Shown: positions 30,128-41,132 of the stretch, piece after piece
Numbering within the stretch: the first letter of the stretch is position 1
Layout of the letters: every line of letters starts with the position of its first letter
Origin: Eubacteriales bacterium
GTDB taxonomy: Bacteria; Bacillota; Clostridia; Oscillospirales; CAG-272
Length of the DNA stretch: 64,000 nucleotides
Direction: 5' to 3'
NCBI GenBank assembly: GCA_045659745.1
Contig: JAZRCL010000057.1
Span: forward strand, 138 to 64,137
The notes under the pieces: generated by a model
Told to the model about the DNA's origin: nothing
Seen by the model: only the letters and a program-made list of their open reading frames with translations
Databases searched by the model: none
Program-made: the position numbers and the translations under genes

Positions 30128-30430
30128 ATGAAAAAAGTTAAAATAACGGTTATGAAAAAGGCAAGATATGACGACCTTATCTCGCAATACGAAAATCCCA
30201 TAGAACACGCCTGCGATATACAGCTTGGTCAGGTGTTTATTTCGGAGGACGGAGAGAAGCCCGAAGGACTTTGCGACAGCGCGTGGGAAAGTATGGCGTA
30301 TTTTGTAAAGACGCTTGCCGAGGGCGGCGGAGATTTTTACGGAGGCTGGATGAAAAACAAGCATTCCGCGATGATATCCTGCAACGACGGCTTTCGTCCC
30401 GTCAGCTTTTTGCTTGAGGTGATAGAATGA
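30128..30430 (+). CDS. TIGR04076-family protein
   Basis: MKKVKITVMKKARYDDLI...CDIQLGQVFI...GLCDSAWESM... resembles the TIGR04076 pattern. From memory only. Confidence 0.65.
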   Translation: MKKVKITVMKKARYDDLISQYENPIEHACDIQLGQVFISEDGEKPEGLCDSAWESMAYFVKTLAEGGGDFYGGWMKNKHSAMISCNDGFRPVSFLLEVIE

Positions 30431-30894
30431 TAAGAATTATGTTTGTCTGCCACGGTAATATATGCCGCTCACCTATGGCAGAGTTTATCTTCAAAAATCT
30501 TGCGGAGGAGCGGGGAATGTCGGATAGATTTTTTGTGCGCTCCAGTGCGACAAGCACCGAGGAAATATGGCGAGGAATAGGGAATCCCGTTTACCCGCCC
30601 GCTAAGGCGGAGCTTGCAAAGCACGGCATCTCTTGCAACGGTAAACGCGCGGTACAGCTTGTGCGAGCAGACCTTGATAAGTACGATATGTTTATCGGGA
30701 TGGATAGTGCCAATATCCGCAATATGCACCGAATACTCGGCGACGTATCGGAAGGGAAGATATATAAGCTTATGGAGTTTACGGAGCGTGGCGGCGATGT
30801 GGCAGACCCGTGGTATTCCGATAGATTTGATATAGCATACAGAGATATTTACGACGGCTGTAAAGCCCTGATCGAGAAGTTATTAAAGGAATAA
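30427..30894 (+). CDS. Low-molecular-weight protein-tyrosine phosphatase
   Basis: IMFVCHGNICRSPMAE (C-X5-R-S P-loop), DPWY Asp loop. Confidence 0.9.
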   Translation: MIRIMFVCHGNICRSPMAEFIFKNLAEERGMSDRFFVRSSATSTEEIWRGIGNPVYPPAKAELAKHGISCNGKRAVQLVRADLDKYDMFIGMDSANIRNMHRILGDVSEGKIYKLMEFTERGGDVADPWYSDRFDIAYRDIYDGCKALIEKLLKE

Positions 30895-30922
30895 TAGAGT
30901 TAACATTTGAGGAGGAAATATA

Positions 30923-31465
30923 ATGTCGGAATTTTTAGCATCCTTGCCCCCTGTGGCAGTATGTTTTTTGGTATGCGCAGCAAAAATAGTTGAGATAACC
31001 ATACAGTCGCTAAAGACCTGTATGATGGTAAAGGGTCAGAGACTTAAGGCAGCGGGACTTGGATTTATTGAGTGTATCATCTGGGGACTTGTTATATCCA
31101 CGATAATCGGAACACTTGGCGACAACTATTTGCTTTTGGTATTCTACTGCTTTGGATATGCTACGGGACTTTTCCTTGGCTCCACTATAGAGAACAAGAT
31201 AGCTCTTGGCACGTCCAACCTCCAGCTTATTGCCAATGATGAAAACACGGAGAAAATAACTGAGTATCTAAAGGAAAAAGACAAGGGATATACGGTTTTT
31301 GCGGGACACGGCTCTAAGGACAAAATGAATATGATACTTATCGTATTGCCGAGAAGAGAGGCGTTTAAAATGCTACGACATATACGCGCTATGTGTGACA
31401 ACAAGGTATTTGTTGTTGCATCTGATGTCAGCAAGTATGCGGGCGGCTACGGAATGGTAAAATAA
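30923..31465 (+). CDS. UPF0316 / DUF2179-domain membrane protein
   Basis: N-terminal 3-TM region (IVEITIQSLKT...VKG) plus a C-terminal soluble DUF2179-like domain (YTVFAGHGS...ILIVLPRRE). Confidence 0.7.
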   Translation: MSEFLASLPPVAVCFLVCAAKIVEITIQSLKTCMMVKGQRLKAAGLGFIECIIWGLVISTIIGTLGDNYLLLVFYCFGYATGLFLGSTIENKIALGTSNLQLIANDENTEKITEYLKEKDKGYTVFAGHGSKDKMNMILIVLPRREAFKMLRHIRAMCDNKVFVVASDVSKYAGGYGMVK

Positions 31466-31512
31466 AAACAAACAACCCGTCACACCAATCTGGTGTGACG
31501 GGTTGTTTGTTT
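31466..31512. terminator. Bidirectional terminator, perfect 22-bp inverted repeat
   Basis: aaacaaacaacccgtcacacca-atc-tggtgtgacgggttgtttgttt. Confidence 0.85.
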
Positions 31513-31526
31513 AATAAATTTCTTAA

Positions 31527-34250
31527 TTAACCGTTGATCAAAGCGTCGCTGATAACTATTACTGCACTGTATGCGGGAACACTGATTTCTCCCTCAACTG
31601 TGCCGAGGATCTCGACGCCTGCGTTTGCTCCGTCGCAAACAACATTCCAAGTGCCCCTGTCAAGAGTGTGAGTTATAGCTGAAGCTGTGGGATTGAGAAT
31701 TACGGTTGCAATGCCGCCCTCGTAATTATCAAATGTGATGGCTACCGCACCGTCGGAAAGGGTAGTAGTGCTCATAGGAATACTGTTATCGGTGAACAGA
31801 CCAAAGTTCTTTCTTATTTCGATAAGACCCTTGTAATACTGCATCATCTGATATTCATTAGTGCCGTCATTGAGAACCGACCAGTCGATATTATTTATTG
31901 CATCGCTTGAATTATAGCTGTTCTCGTCGCCGTCCTTGGTACGAAGCATTTCTTCTCCCGCCTGGAAGAATACCATACCCTTTGACACCATAAGAACTGT
32001 TGCGCCAAGACGGTTCATAGCAAGTCTTGTTTCCACGGAGTCGCTACCGTTTGAAAGCTCAAGCTTATCCCAAAGTGTGTTGTTGTCGTGAGCTGACATA
32101 TAGTTTACGACCATTGCGTTGTCAACGGACCAGCCCGATCCGCCTTTACCACCCTTGATTCCGAACAGAACTGCATTGAGATTTGCTTTGCCCTGACCGT
32201 TAATATATCCCTGAGCGGTTGCATTGAATACGCTGCCCTTGAGACCGTCGCGTATCGTGTCGTTGAATACCGCGATAGCGCCGATAGCGTTATTTGTGGT
32301 TTCTATCTTTTTGATGTTGGACTGGTTAGCCATAAGACTGCCGTCGATTGTCGAGCCCATTGTCCAGCCTTCGCCGTAGATGAGTGCCTGAGGATCAATG
32401 GTGTGTACTGCAGCTTCAACCTCCTGCATAGTCTGAAGGTCGTGAAGACCCATAAGGTCAAAGCGGAAGCCGTCCAGATTGTATTCCTCGAGCCAGTAGC
32501 TTACGGAGTCCACCATATACTTGCCGTACATATATCTCTCGGATGCGGTGTCGTTTCCGCAACCGGACGCGGACGAGTTAGCGCCGCTTGAGGTGTATCT
32601 GTAGTAATAGTAGGGAACTATCTTGTTGAGATAGGAGTTAGCGGTGTAGGTGTGGTTATATACCACGTCCATAATAACGCCGATGCCTGCCTCGTGAAGC
32701 GCCATTACCATTTCCTTATATTCTTCTATTCTGACTGCGCCGTTGTAGGGGTCGGTAGAGTAGCTTCCCTCGGGGACGTTGTAGTTCTTGGGATCGTAGC
32801 CCCAGTTGAACTGACTGTCGGGGTCTGCCTCATTGACTGTCGCGTAGTCATATACGGGAAGGAGGTGAACGTGAGTGATACCAAGCTCTACAAGGTAATC
32901 AATACCAACGCTCTTGCCGTGCTCGTTTACAAGTCCCTGCTCAGTGAATGCGAGATATTTACCCTTGTACTGAGAGGATGCTATCTTGTTAGAGAAGTCT
33001 CTTACGTGTACCTCCCAGATTATAGCATCCGAATAGCTGTCAATGTTTGTAGAGAATGATGCATCATTATCCCAACCCTCGGGATTTGTAAGGGAAAGGT
33101 CAACTACCATTCCGCGATCGCCGTTAAGTCCTGCTGCCTTTGCATAGGGGTCGACCGCCTCTTGAGTACCGACGGACGTTGTGACTGTGTAGGTGTAGTA
33201 GGTTCCGTGTCCGCATTCTGCCGTATAAGACCATACGCCCTTTTCGCCAAGAGTCATATCGATGTTAGCGTGCGCCTCGCCCTCGTGACCCGAAGCAAAG
33301 AGGTTAAGGACTACCTTGGATGCGGTGGGCGCCCATACCTTGAAGGTCGAGGTGCCGTCACTATTTATCGTGGCGCCGAGGTCGTTGCCGTCGTAGGTGT
33401 AATTCTGAATAAAGTTTTCAGTATCAAAAATGCTTGTAGGAACTACGGTCTTTTCGCCGTAATCCTTAATGCTTACCGTGTAATTTTTAGAAAGATCAAG
33501 AGTCTCTGCGACCTCTATAATACCTGTCGTTGAGTCTTTGCCAAGAGTGCTCACGCCTACTACCGTGAGCTCATTTTCGCCGTCATAGACCTTAAAATCA
33601 TCTAAACTCGAGAAGGTATCCTTCGGAGAGATATAGTACTGAATTTTATTGAAGTCAACCATTCCCGCCAGTGAAAATTCTGTTATCATTTCGAGAGTTT
33701 CTCCTCCGTCGTTGCTTGTGTATTGTGAAGCGTCTCCGCTCTTTAAGTAAATGAAGGTCTCCTCGCCCGTAATAATTGCAAAACGGTCCTCCTGAGTTCC
33801 GTCCTTGGTAGCTGTGCCCCATGACGATCCACCGGGATCGGAGCAACCTGTACGGACTATAAAGCCGACCTCTGTAATATCCTCTGGAACATTGACTATA
33901 ACCTTACCGCCGCGCTCCCATTTATGCATTACGTGACCTGCACCTGCGACGCTGCCCCACCATATCCAAATATCGCAGTTTTGGATAGAGCCCGAGGTGA
34001 CCCAGTAAAACGTAAGCTGATTATAGCCATCCTGCTTTTCAAGCGTATAATCGCCGTCGTCATCACCGTCATCAGGCTTCTCGGTAGGCTTCTCAGTAGG
34101 TTTTTCGGTAGGCTTTTCTGTAGGAGTTTCTGTAGGTGTGCCTGAGGGCGCATCTGTGGAATTTTCATTGTTATCACACGAAACGGCATTAAGACACATG
34201 CCCAGTATCATTATTATTACAAGAAATAAAGAGAGTAAACGTTTTTTCAT
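31527..34250 (-). CDS. pulA: Type I pullulanase (GH13) lipoprotein with N-terminal carbohydrate-binding modules
   Basis: Lipobox LNAVS|C, PTEKPTEK linker, YGYDP-type and GH13 regions (VIMDVVYNH, GFRFDLMG, YGEGW, YMSAHDN). Confidence 0.9.
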   Translation of the reverse strand: MKKRLLSLFLVIIMILGMCLNAVSCDNNENSTDAPSGTPTETPTEKPTEKPTEKPTEKPDDGDDDGDYTLEKQDGYNQLTFYWVTSGSIQNCDIWIWWGSVAGAGHVMHKWERGGKVIVNVPEDITEVGFIVRTGCSDPGGSSWGTATKDGTQEDRFAIITGEETFIYLKSGDASQYTSNDGGETLEMITEFSLAGMVDFNKIQYYISPKDTFSSLDDFKVYDGENELTVVGVSTLGKDSTTGIIEVAETLDLSKNYTVSIKDYGEKTVVPTSIFDTENFIQNYTYDGNDLGATINSDGTSTFKVWAPTASKVVLNLFASGHEGEAHANIDMTLGEKGVWSYTAECGHGTYYTYTVTTSVGTQEAVDPYAKAAGLNGDRGMVVDLSLTNPEGWDNDASFSTNIDSYSDAIIWEVHVRDFSNKIASSQYKGKYLAFTEQGLVNEHGKSVGIDYLVELGITHVHLLPVYDYATVNEADPDSQFNWGYDPKNYNVPEGSYSTDPYNGAVRIEEYKEMVMALHEAGIGVIMDVVYNHTYTANSYLNKIVPYYYYRYTSSGANSSASGCGNDTASERYMYGKYMVDSVSYWLEEYNLDGFRFDLMGLHDLQTMQEVEAAVHTIDPQALIYGEGWTMGSTIDGSLMANQSNIKKIETTNNAIGAIAVFNDTIRDGLKGSVFNATAQGYINGQGKANLNAVLFGIKGGKGGSGWSVDNAMVVNYMSAHDNNTLWDKLELSNGSDSVETRLAMNRLGATVLMVSKGMVFFQAGEEMLRTKDGDENSYNSSDAINNIDWSVLNDGTNEYQMMQYYKGLIEIRKNFGLFTDNSIPMSTTTLSDGAVAITFDNYEGGIATVILNPTASAITHTLDRGTWNVVCDGANAGVEILGTVEGEISVPAYSAVIVISDALING

Positions 34251-34310
34251 TGCGTAAAATTCCTTTCCTATGTTTTTATGGAAATATTAAAATTGGGGAT
34301 TTTCGCTGTT

Positions 34311-35822
34311 TTATTTCGTCGCGCGCTTTGTACGCACCGTGACGTCCTTTATTTTCTTTGTGAGAGCTGATGTTCTGTATCTCGGCGAGAGGCGGTAAGA
34401 CCAGTTTCCGTCGGCTACCGCGGGGGTATTCATTCTGCCTTCTTCGTTTGTTAGCTCAAGGTAGTCCTGAATCGGTATTACTGCAAGATTTGCGCGGCTA
34501 CCCAACGCAAGCTCGATAAGAGCCTCGGTGTAGCTCTGACCCTTTCTTCTCGGGCACTCTCTCTTCAAACGCTCAAGCGTGTCTCCGCTGACGTTGTCCA
34601 CCCAAGTTTTCGTACAATCCGCATCGTGCGAGCCTGTATAAACTACGCAGTTATCAGTTTCGTAAACTCTGGGGAGATACTCGCCGTCCTCATCATAGAA
34701 AGCAAACTGCAATATCTTCATGCCGGGGAACTGTGTGTCGGTGAGGAGCTCGCGGACGTCGGGAGTGATAAATCCAAGATCCTCTGCAATTATTTTTGCC
34801 TTGGGGAACTTTTCCTTCAAGGTGCGGAAAAGCTGGATGCCGGGAGCGGAGTTCCACTTGCCCTCGCGAGCCGTCGTGTGACCGTAGGGAATATTGTAAT
34901 ATCCCGCAAAGCCTCTAAAATGGTCTATTCGGAGAATATCGTAGAGGTGGAAGCTTGCTTTGACTCGCTTTTGCCACCAAGTAAATCCGTCCTGCTCCAT
35001 AAGTGCCCAGTTGTATATGGGGTTGCCCCAGAGCTGTCCGTCGAGAGAAAATCCGTCGGGGGGACATCCTGCGACTACTGTGGGATTATAATTTTCGTCA
35101 AGCAAGAACTGCTCGGGAGCCTGCCATACGTCCATACTGTCGTGAGCGACGTAGATAGGCATATCTCCTATGATTACGATACCCTTGGAGTGAGCATAGG
35201 AGAGAAGCGCCTGCCACTCTGCATCAAACTCAAACTGTATCCATTCCCAGAATCCGCACTCACTCTCAAACTCGGAGCGGAGGGTTCTTGCGGTATGTAT
35301 ATTTTTGTGCTCGTCTGCCCAATTTGTCCAAGCGCAGTAGTTGTATTTTACCTTGAGCGCCATAAAGAGGGTGTAATCCGAGAGCCAAGCGGCGTTCTTT
35401 CTCTTAAAGGACTTGTATTCGGGTGTCTTATTCCCGTCTCGCGCAATAAATCTTTCATAAGCCTTACGAAGGACGGTATAACGCGTGTTAAAGAGCCAAC
35501 CGTAGTTTATTTTTTTGTCGGAATTTTTGTTTTCCTCAAGCTCTGTTTTTGTCAGAAGTCCCTCGTTTGCAAGAATCTCAAGGTCTATAAAATAAGGGTT
35601 GCCCGCTACTGATGCGGGTGACTGATAGGGGCTGTCACCGTAAGACGTGGGGTTGAGGGGGAGCACCTGCCAGCATTTTGTTTTTGTCTCTGTGAGAAAG
35701 TCTACAAAATCGTATGCGCTTTTACCGAAAGTACCAATTCCGTACTTGTTGGGCAAGGAGCTTATGGGTAAAAGAATACCGCTTTTATGGGTAAAGCCAA
35801 AATTTTTGAGATTTTTTTTCAT
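34311..35822 (-). CDS. malQ: 4-alpha-glucanotransferase (amylomaltase, GH77)
   Basis: HKSGILLPISSLPNKYGIGTFG N-terminus, LRIDHFRGF, GDMPIYV, IIAEDLG, YTGSHD motifs. Confidence 0.93.
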   Translation of the reverse strand: MKKNLKNFGFTHKSGILLPISSLPNKYGIGTFGKSAYDFVDFLTETKTKCWQVLPLNPTSYGDSPYQSPASVAGNPYFIDLEILANEGLLTKTELEENKNSDKKINYGWLFNTRYTVLRKAYERFIARDGNKTPEYKSFKRKNAAWLSDYTLFMALKVKYNYCAWTNWADEHKNIHTARTLRSEFESECGFWEWIQFEFDAEWQALLSYAHSKGIVIIGDMPIYVAHDSMDVWQAPEQFLLDENYNPTVVAGCPPDGFSLDGQLWGNPIYNWALMEQDGFTWWQKRVKASFHLYDILRIDHFRGFAGYYNIPYGHTTAREGKWNSAPGIQLFRTLKEKFPKAKIIAEDLGFITPDVRELLTDTQFPGMKILQFAFYDEDGEYLPRVYETDNCVVYTGSHDADCTKTWVDNVSGDTLERLKRECPRRKGQSYTEALIELALGSRANLAVIPIQDYLELTNEEGRMNTPAVADGNWSYRLSPRYRTSALTKKIKDVTVRTKRATK

Positions 35823-35887
35823 ATTTGAGATTTTTCCTTTCTGACATGTGGCTGAAATTTATTGTCATAATATTTTATATAATTTTT

Positions 35888-35904
35888 AGGATAAAATTTA
35901 TCCT
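35888..35904. promoter_or_regulatory. Candidate operator: perfect palindrome AGGATAAA-A-TTTATCCT at the predicted malQ transcription start
   Basis: 8-bp arms with a 1-nt centre, located 6-22 nt downstream of the -10 box of the malQ promoter (minus strand). Confidence 0.35.
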
Positions 35905-35909
35905 TTACT

Positions 35910-35938
35910 ATTCTAACATTAACGAGTGTGATTGTCAA
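35910..35938 (-). promoter_or_regulatory. Sigma-A type promoter TTGACA-17-TAGAAT for malQ-pulA
   Basis: Reverse complement reads TTGACAatcacactcgttaatgtTAGAAT. Confidence 0.6.
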
Positions 35939-36008
35939 CATCAAATTATAATGACGTCAAAGACAATTTGTGCAAAACATCTAAATTTTGGTTATTTTAA
36001 CAAACCTA

Positions 36009-36674
36009 TTATTTTTCGGGGGCATAAACGTCAACCTTGCCTATAATACGAAGTTGGCCGTTATCCACAACTATTCCGCCCTTTGCTGTGTGGGTGACAT
36101 ATACTGTTTTGCCGCGTTCCGCAAGAACTTTGCGGATTGACTCATCCTGCTCGGGCTTGTATTCGTAATGCACCTCTATATAAAAATCGTCAAAGAATGG
36201 AAGCCCTTCGTAGTAGGCGTAATCCGAGTAGTCGCAGTCGGGATAGAGGTGATATTCCGCGAGCTGTATGACAGCGCCTGCGCTATAGCCCATAACTATC
36301 CCCTCGTGCTTCATAATAAGCTCGCACAGTTCAAATTCCTTTATTCTGTCCATCATTCTGTCGGGGAGGCCGCCTGTGAAATAAAGGACGTCGGCATTTC
36401 TTATCTTTTCTGCGGCAGATTCCTTTGTATCGGTAAAGTAGTTGATGAACACTATATTTTCTTCCTTGACACCAAACGGTTCAAAGGATTCTATGGTTTC
36501 AATATAGCCGTTGCCGTCCTTGCCATAAACTGTATTCCACGATTGATCATCATTTACGTAGTCATCGTAAAACGAAAAGGCTATCATACACACCTTAGTT
36601 TTTTCGGAAAAATAACCTTTTAAGTCATCGTGAAAATCTTGAATATTGGGGCAATCAAAAAGAATATTTACCAT
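36009..36674 (-). CDS. Peptidase S51 (peptidase E-like) / type 1 glutamine amidotransferase-like protein
   Basis: LYFTGGLPDRMMDRIKE and GYSAGAV (nucleophile elbow) motifs. ATG 36674 after an AAAGGAG Shine-Dalgarno. Confidence 0.6.
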   Translation of the reverse strand: MVNILFDCPNIQDFHDDLKGYFSEKTKVCMIAFSFYDDYVNDDQSWNTVYGKDGNGYIETIESFEPFGVKEENIVFINYFTDTKESAAEKIRNADVLYFTGGLPDRMMDRIKEFELCELIMKHEGIVMGYSAGAVIQLAEYHLYPDCDYSDYAYYEGLPFFDDFYIEVHYEYKPEQDESIRKVLAERGKTVYVTHTAKGGIVVDNGQLRIIGKVDVYAPEK

Positions 36675-36798
36675 TATTGCGACTCCTTTTTTGTTAATTT
36701 GTATAATTATATCATAAAAAAGGTACAAAATCAATGGTGTATATATTGCAAAATTTCAGGGCGTGTGATAGAATGAAATAAAACGGAGGGATAGGTAT

Positions 36799-37275
36799 AT
36801 GAAATATGATATAATAAAACTGTCAGATGAACCCGATATGAAGGAGCCTGCAGCAATCTGGTTTCACAAAAAATGGGGAATACCACTTGAGGCTTATATG
36901 GAGAGCATCGGTGAGTCTCTGGGTGGAAAATCACCTGTCCCCGCGTGGTATATAGCTGTATCCGAGGATAAAATAGTTGCAGGACTTGGAGTTATAGAAA
37001 ACGATTTTCACGACAGACCCGACCTCTCGCCAAATATTTGCGCGGTATATACCGAGGATTATGCCCGCGGACAAGGCATAGCTGGAGCGCTTCTCGAGTT
37101 TGCGTGCCTCGATATGAATGAAAAGGGTATAGATACATTGTATCTTGTGACGGATCATACGTCATTTTACGAGAGATACGGTTGGGAGTTTTTCTGTGAC
37201 GTGCATAGCGACGGCGAAGAAGGCACGTCAAGAATGTATATTCATAGATATCAAGGACAAATTAGGCAATCATAA
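36799..37275 (+). CDS. GNAT-family N-acetyltransferase
   Basis: ARGQGIAGALLEFA (acetyl-CoA Q/RxxGxG/A motif), about 158 aa. Confidence 0.75.
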   Translation: MKYDIIKLSDEPDMKEPAAIWFHKKWGIPLEAYMESIGESLGGKSPVPAWYIAVSEDKIVAGLGVIENDFHDRPDLSPNICAVYTEDYARGQGIAGALLEFACLDMNEKGIDTLYLVTDHTSFYERYGWEFFCDVHSDGEEGTSRMYIHRYQGQIRQS

Positions 37276-37307
37276 ACAAAATATGACAAGCGATGGCTTA
37301 TAAACAT

Positions 37308-37340
37308 GGTTGTAATCAACAAATTACAACCGTGTTTTTT
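37308..37340 (+). terminator. Intrinsic terminator after the GNAT gene
   Basis: ggttgtaat-caacaa-attacaacc followed by gtgTTTTTT. Confidence 0.8.
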
Positions 37341-37378
37341 GTGTATAATACATTATTGAATTTTGCACTTGAAAATGA

Positions 37379-39451
<2,073 letters not shown>

Positions 39452-39463
39452 AAGGCAAACAAA

Positions 39464-41116
39464 ATGAGAAAAGGAATAAAATTAAGACACATAACTGTCT
39501 TACTGTTAGTATTTACAATGTTATTTTCTGCAACGGCTATGATAGGCTGCAAGGACAACACAAATAATGACAACACAAATAATGACAACAACGTAAACGA
39601 TGGAGTATACACCCCGACTGTTGATCCTATAAACGACAATTACAGAACTTTTTATCAGATATTCGTAGGCTCGTTTTCCGACGCTAACGGAGATACGTTT
39701 GGAGACCTTCGCGGTATAATCAACCGCATAGACTATCTCAATGACGGAGATATAAATTCAGGCAAGAGTCTTGGTGTGCAGGGAATATGGCTCTCACCTA
39801 TATTTTCCTCGCCGTCATACCACAAGTATGACACAAAGGACTATTATCAGATAGACTGGAGATTCGGCACGGAGGACGACCTCAAGGAGCTTATTGAGCT
39901 TTGTAATGAGCGAAATATCAAGCTTATACTTGACCTTGTAATCAACCATACGTCAACTCAGCACGAATGGTTTGTTCAGTTCAAGCAGGCGCGTATGAGC
40001 GGCGATACCTCAAACAAATATTACGATTATTATACCTTCGTGACGGCTGCCGAGAAGGTAAACGGCAGAACCTATCAGAAGATAGCGGGTATTGACGGCT
40101 ATTACGAGTGCAACTTTTCAGGTGATATGCCCGAGCTCAATTTTGACAATCCCGAGGTAAAAGAAGAAGTTCTCAAAATAGCAAAATACTATCTTGATCT
40201 TGGTGTGCACGGCTTCCGCTTTGACGCGGTAAAATACATATACTACGGAGATACCAAAAATACGGTAGCATTCTGGGAGTGGTACATGGAGGAGCTTTTA
40301 AAGATCAATCCCGATATCTACTGCGTTGCAGAGTGCTGGTCGGGAGAGACAGAAATTCTTGAGTACTACGGCGCAATGAACTGCTTTAACTTTGCAGTGT
40401 CTCAGGCAGAGGGCGTTATGGCAAGAGCAGCAAAGGGACAAAGCATTGCAAACTACACAAATTATATTGAGTCGTTTCAGGATAAGGTGTTGGCAAAGAA
40501 CCCGGACGGTATGATGATGTCCTTCCTTTCAAACCATGATATGGACAGAATTGCAGGCACGTTTATTCTTGAAAATAATATGCGTATGGCGGCAAACCTC
40601 TATTTGCTTTCTCCCGGCTCACCTATGATATACTATGGTGAGGAGATAGGTATGAGGGGCTCAAGAGGTGGCGAGAACACGGATGCAAATCGCCGTCTTG
40701 CTATGCTTTGGGGTGACGAAGACCTTGTCAAGAATCCCACGGGATCGACATACTCACCAGATAAGCAGATACAGACAACAGTTGCATCGCAGATGGCGGA
40801 CGAGAATAGTTTGTATAATTACTACTGCAAGCTCATTGCTATGCGCCACAAGTATCCCGCAATAGCGCGCGGAGATTACAACGCGATATCCTGCGGAAAC
40901 AAAAACCTCGGCGGATTCTATATAGAATATAATGGAGAAATACTTGGACTGATACACAACAATTCCACGTCGGAGCTCACTGTGGATCTCAGCGCTATAA
41001 CTGGACTTGACGGACACACCTTCTCAAAGATATGCGACTATATCGGATGCGGCACGGCAACTCTTGAGGGCACTACTCTTACAGTTGGACCTCAGACAAG
41101 CGTAATACTTGAATGA
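39464..41116 (+). CDS. GH13 alpha-amylase-family lipoprotein
   Basis: Lipobox AMIG|C. GH13 regions I-IV: DLVINH, GFRFDAVKY, VAECW, FLSNHD. Confidence 0.88.
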   Translation: MRKGIKLRHITVLLLVFTMLFSATAMIGCKDNTNNDNTNNDNNVNDGVYTPTVDPINDNYRTFYQIFVGSFSDANGDTFGDLRGIINRIDYLNDGDINSGKSLGVQGIWLSPIFSSPSYHKYDTKDYYQIDWRFGTEDDLKELIELCNERNIKLILDLVINHTSTQHEWFVQFKQARMSGDTSNKYYDYYTFVTAAEKVNGRTYQKIAGIDGYYECNFSGDMPELNFDNPEVKEEVLKIAKYYLDLGVHGFRFDAVKYIYYGDTKNTVAFWEWYMEELLKINPDIYCVAECWSGETEILEYYGAMNCFNFAVSQAEGVMARAAKGQSIANYTNYIESFQDKVLAKNPDGMMMSFLSNHDMDRIAGTFILENNMRMAANLYLLSPGSPMIYYGEEIGMRGSRGGENTDANRRLAMLWGDEDLVKNPTGSTYSPDKQIQTTVASQMADENSLYNYYCKLIAMRHKYPAIARGDYNAISCGNKNLGGFYIEYNGEILGLIHNNSTSELTVDLSAITGLDGHTFSKICDYIGCGTATLEGTTLTVGPQTSVILE

Positions 41117-41132
41117 TAAGGAAAGATACACT

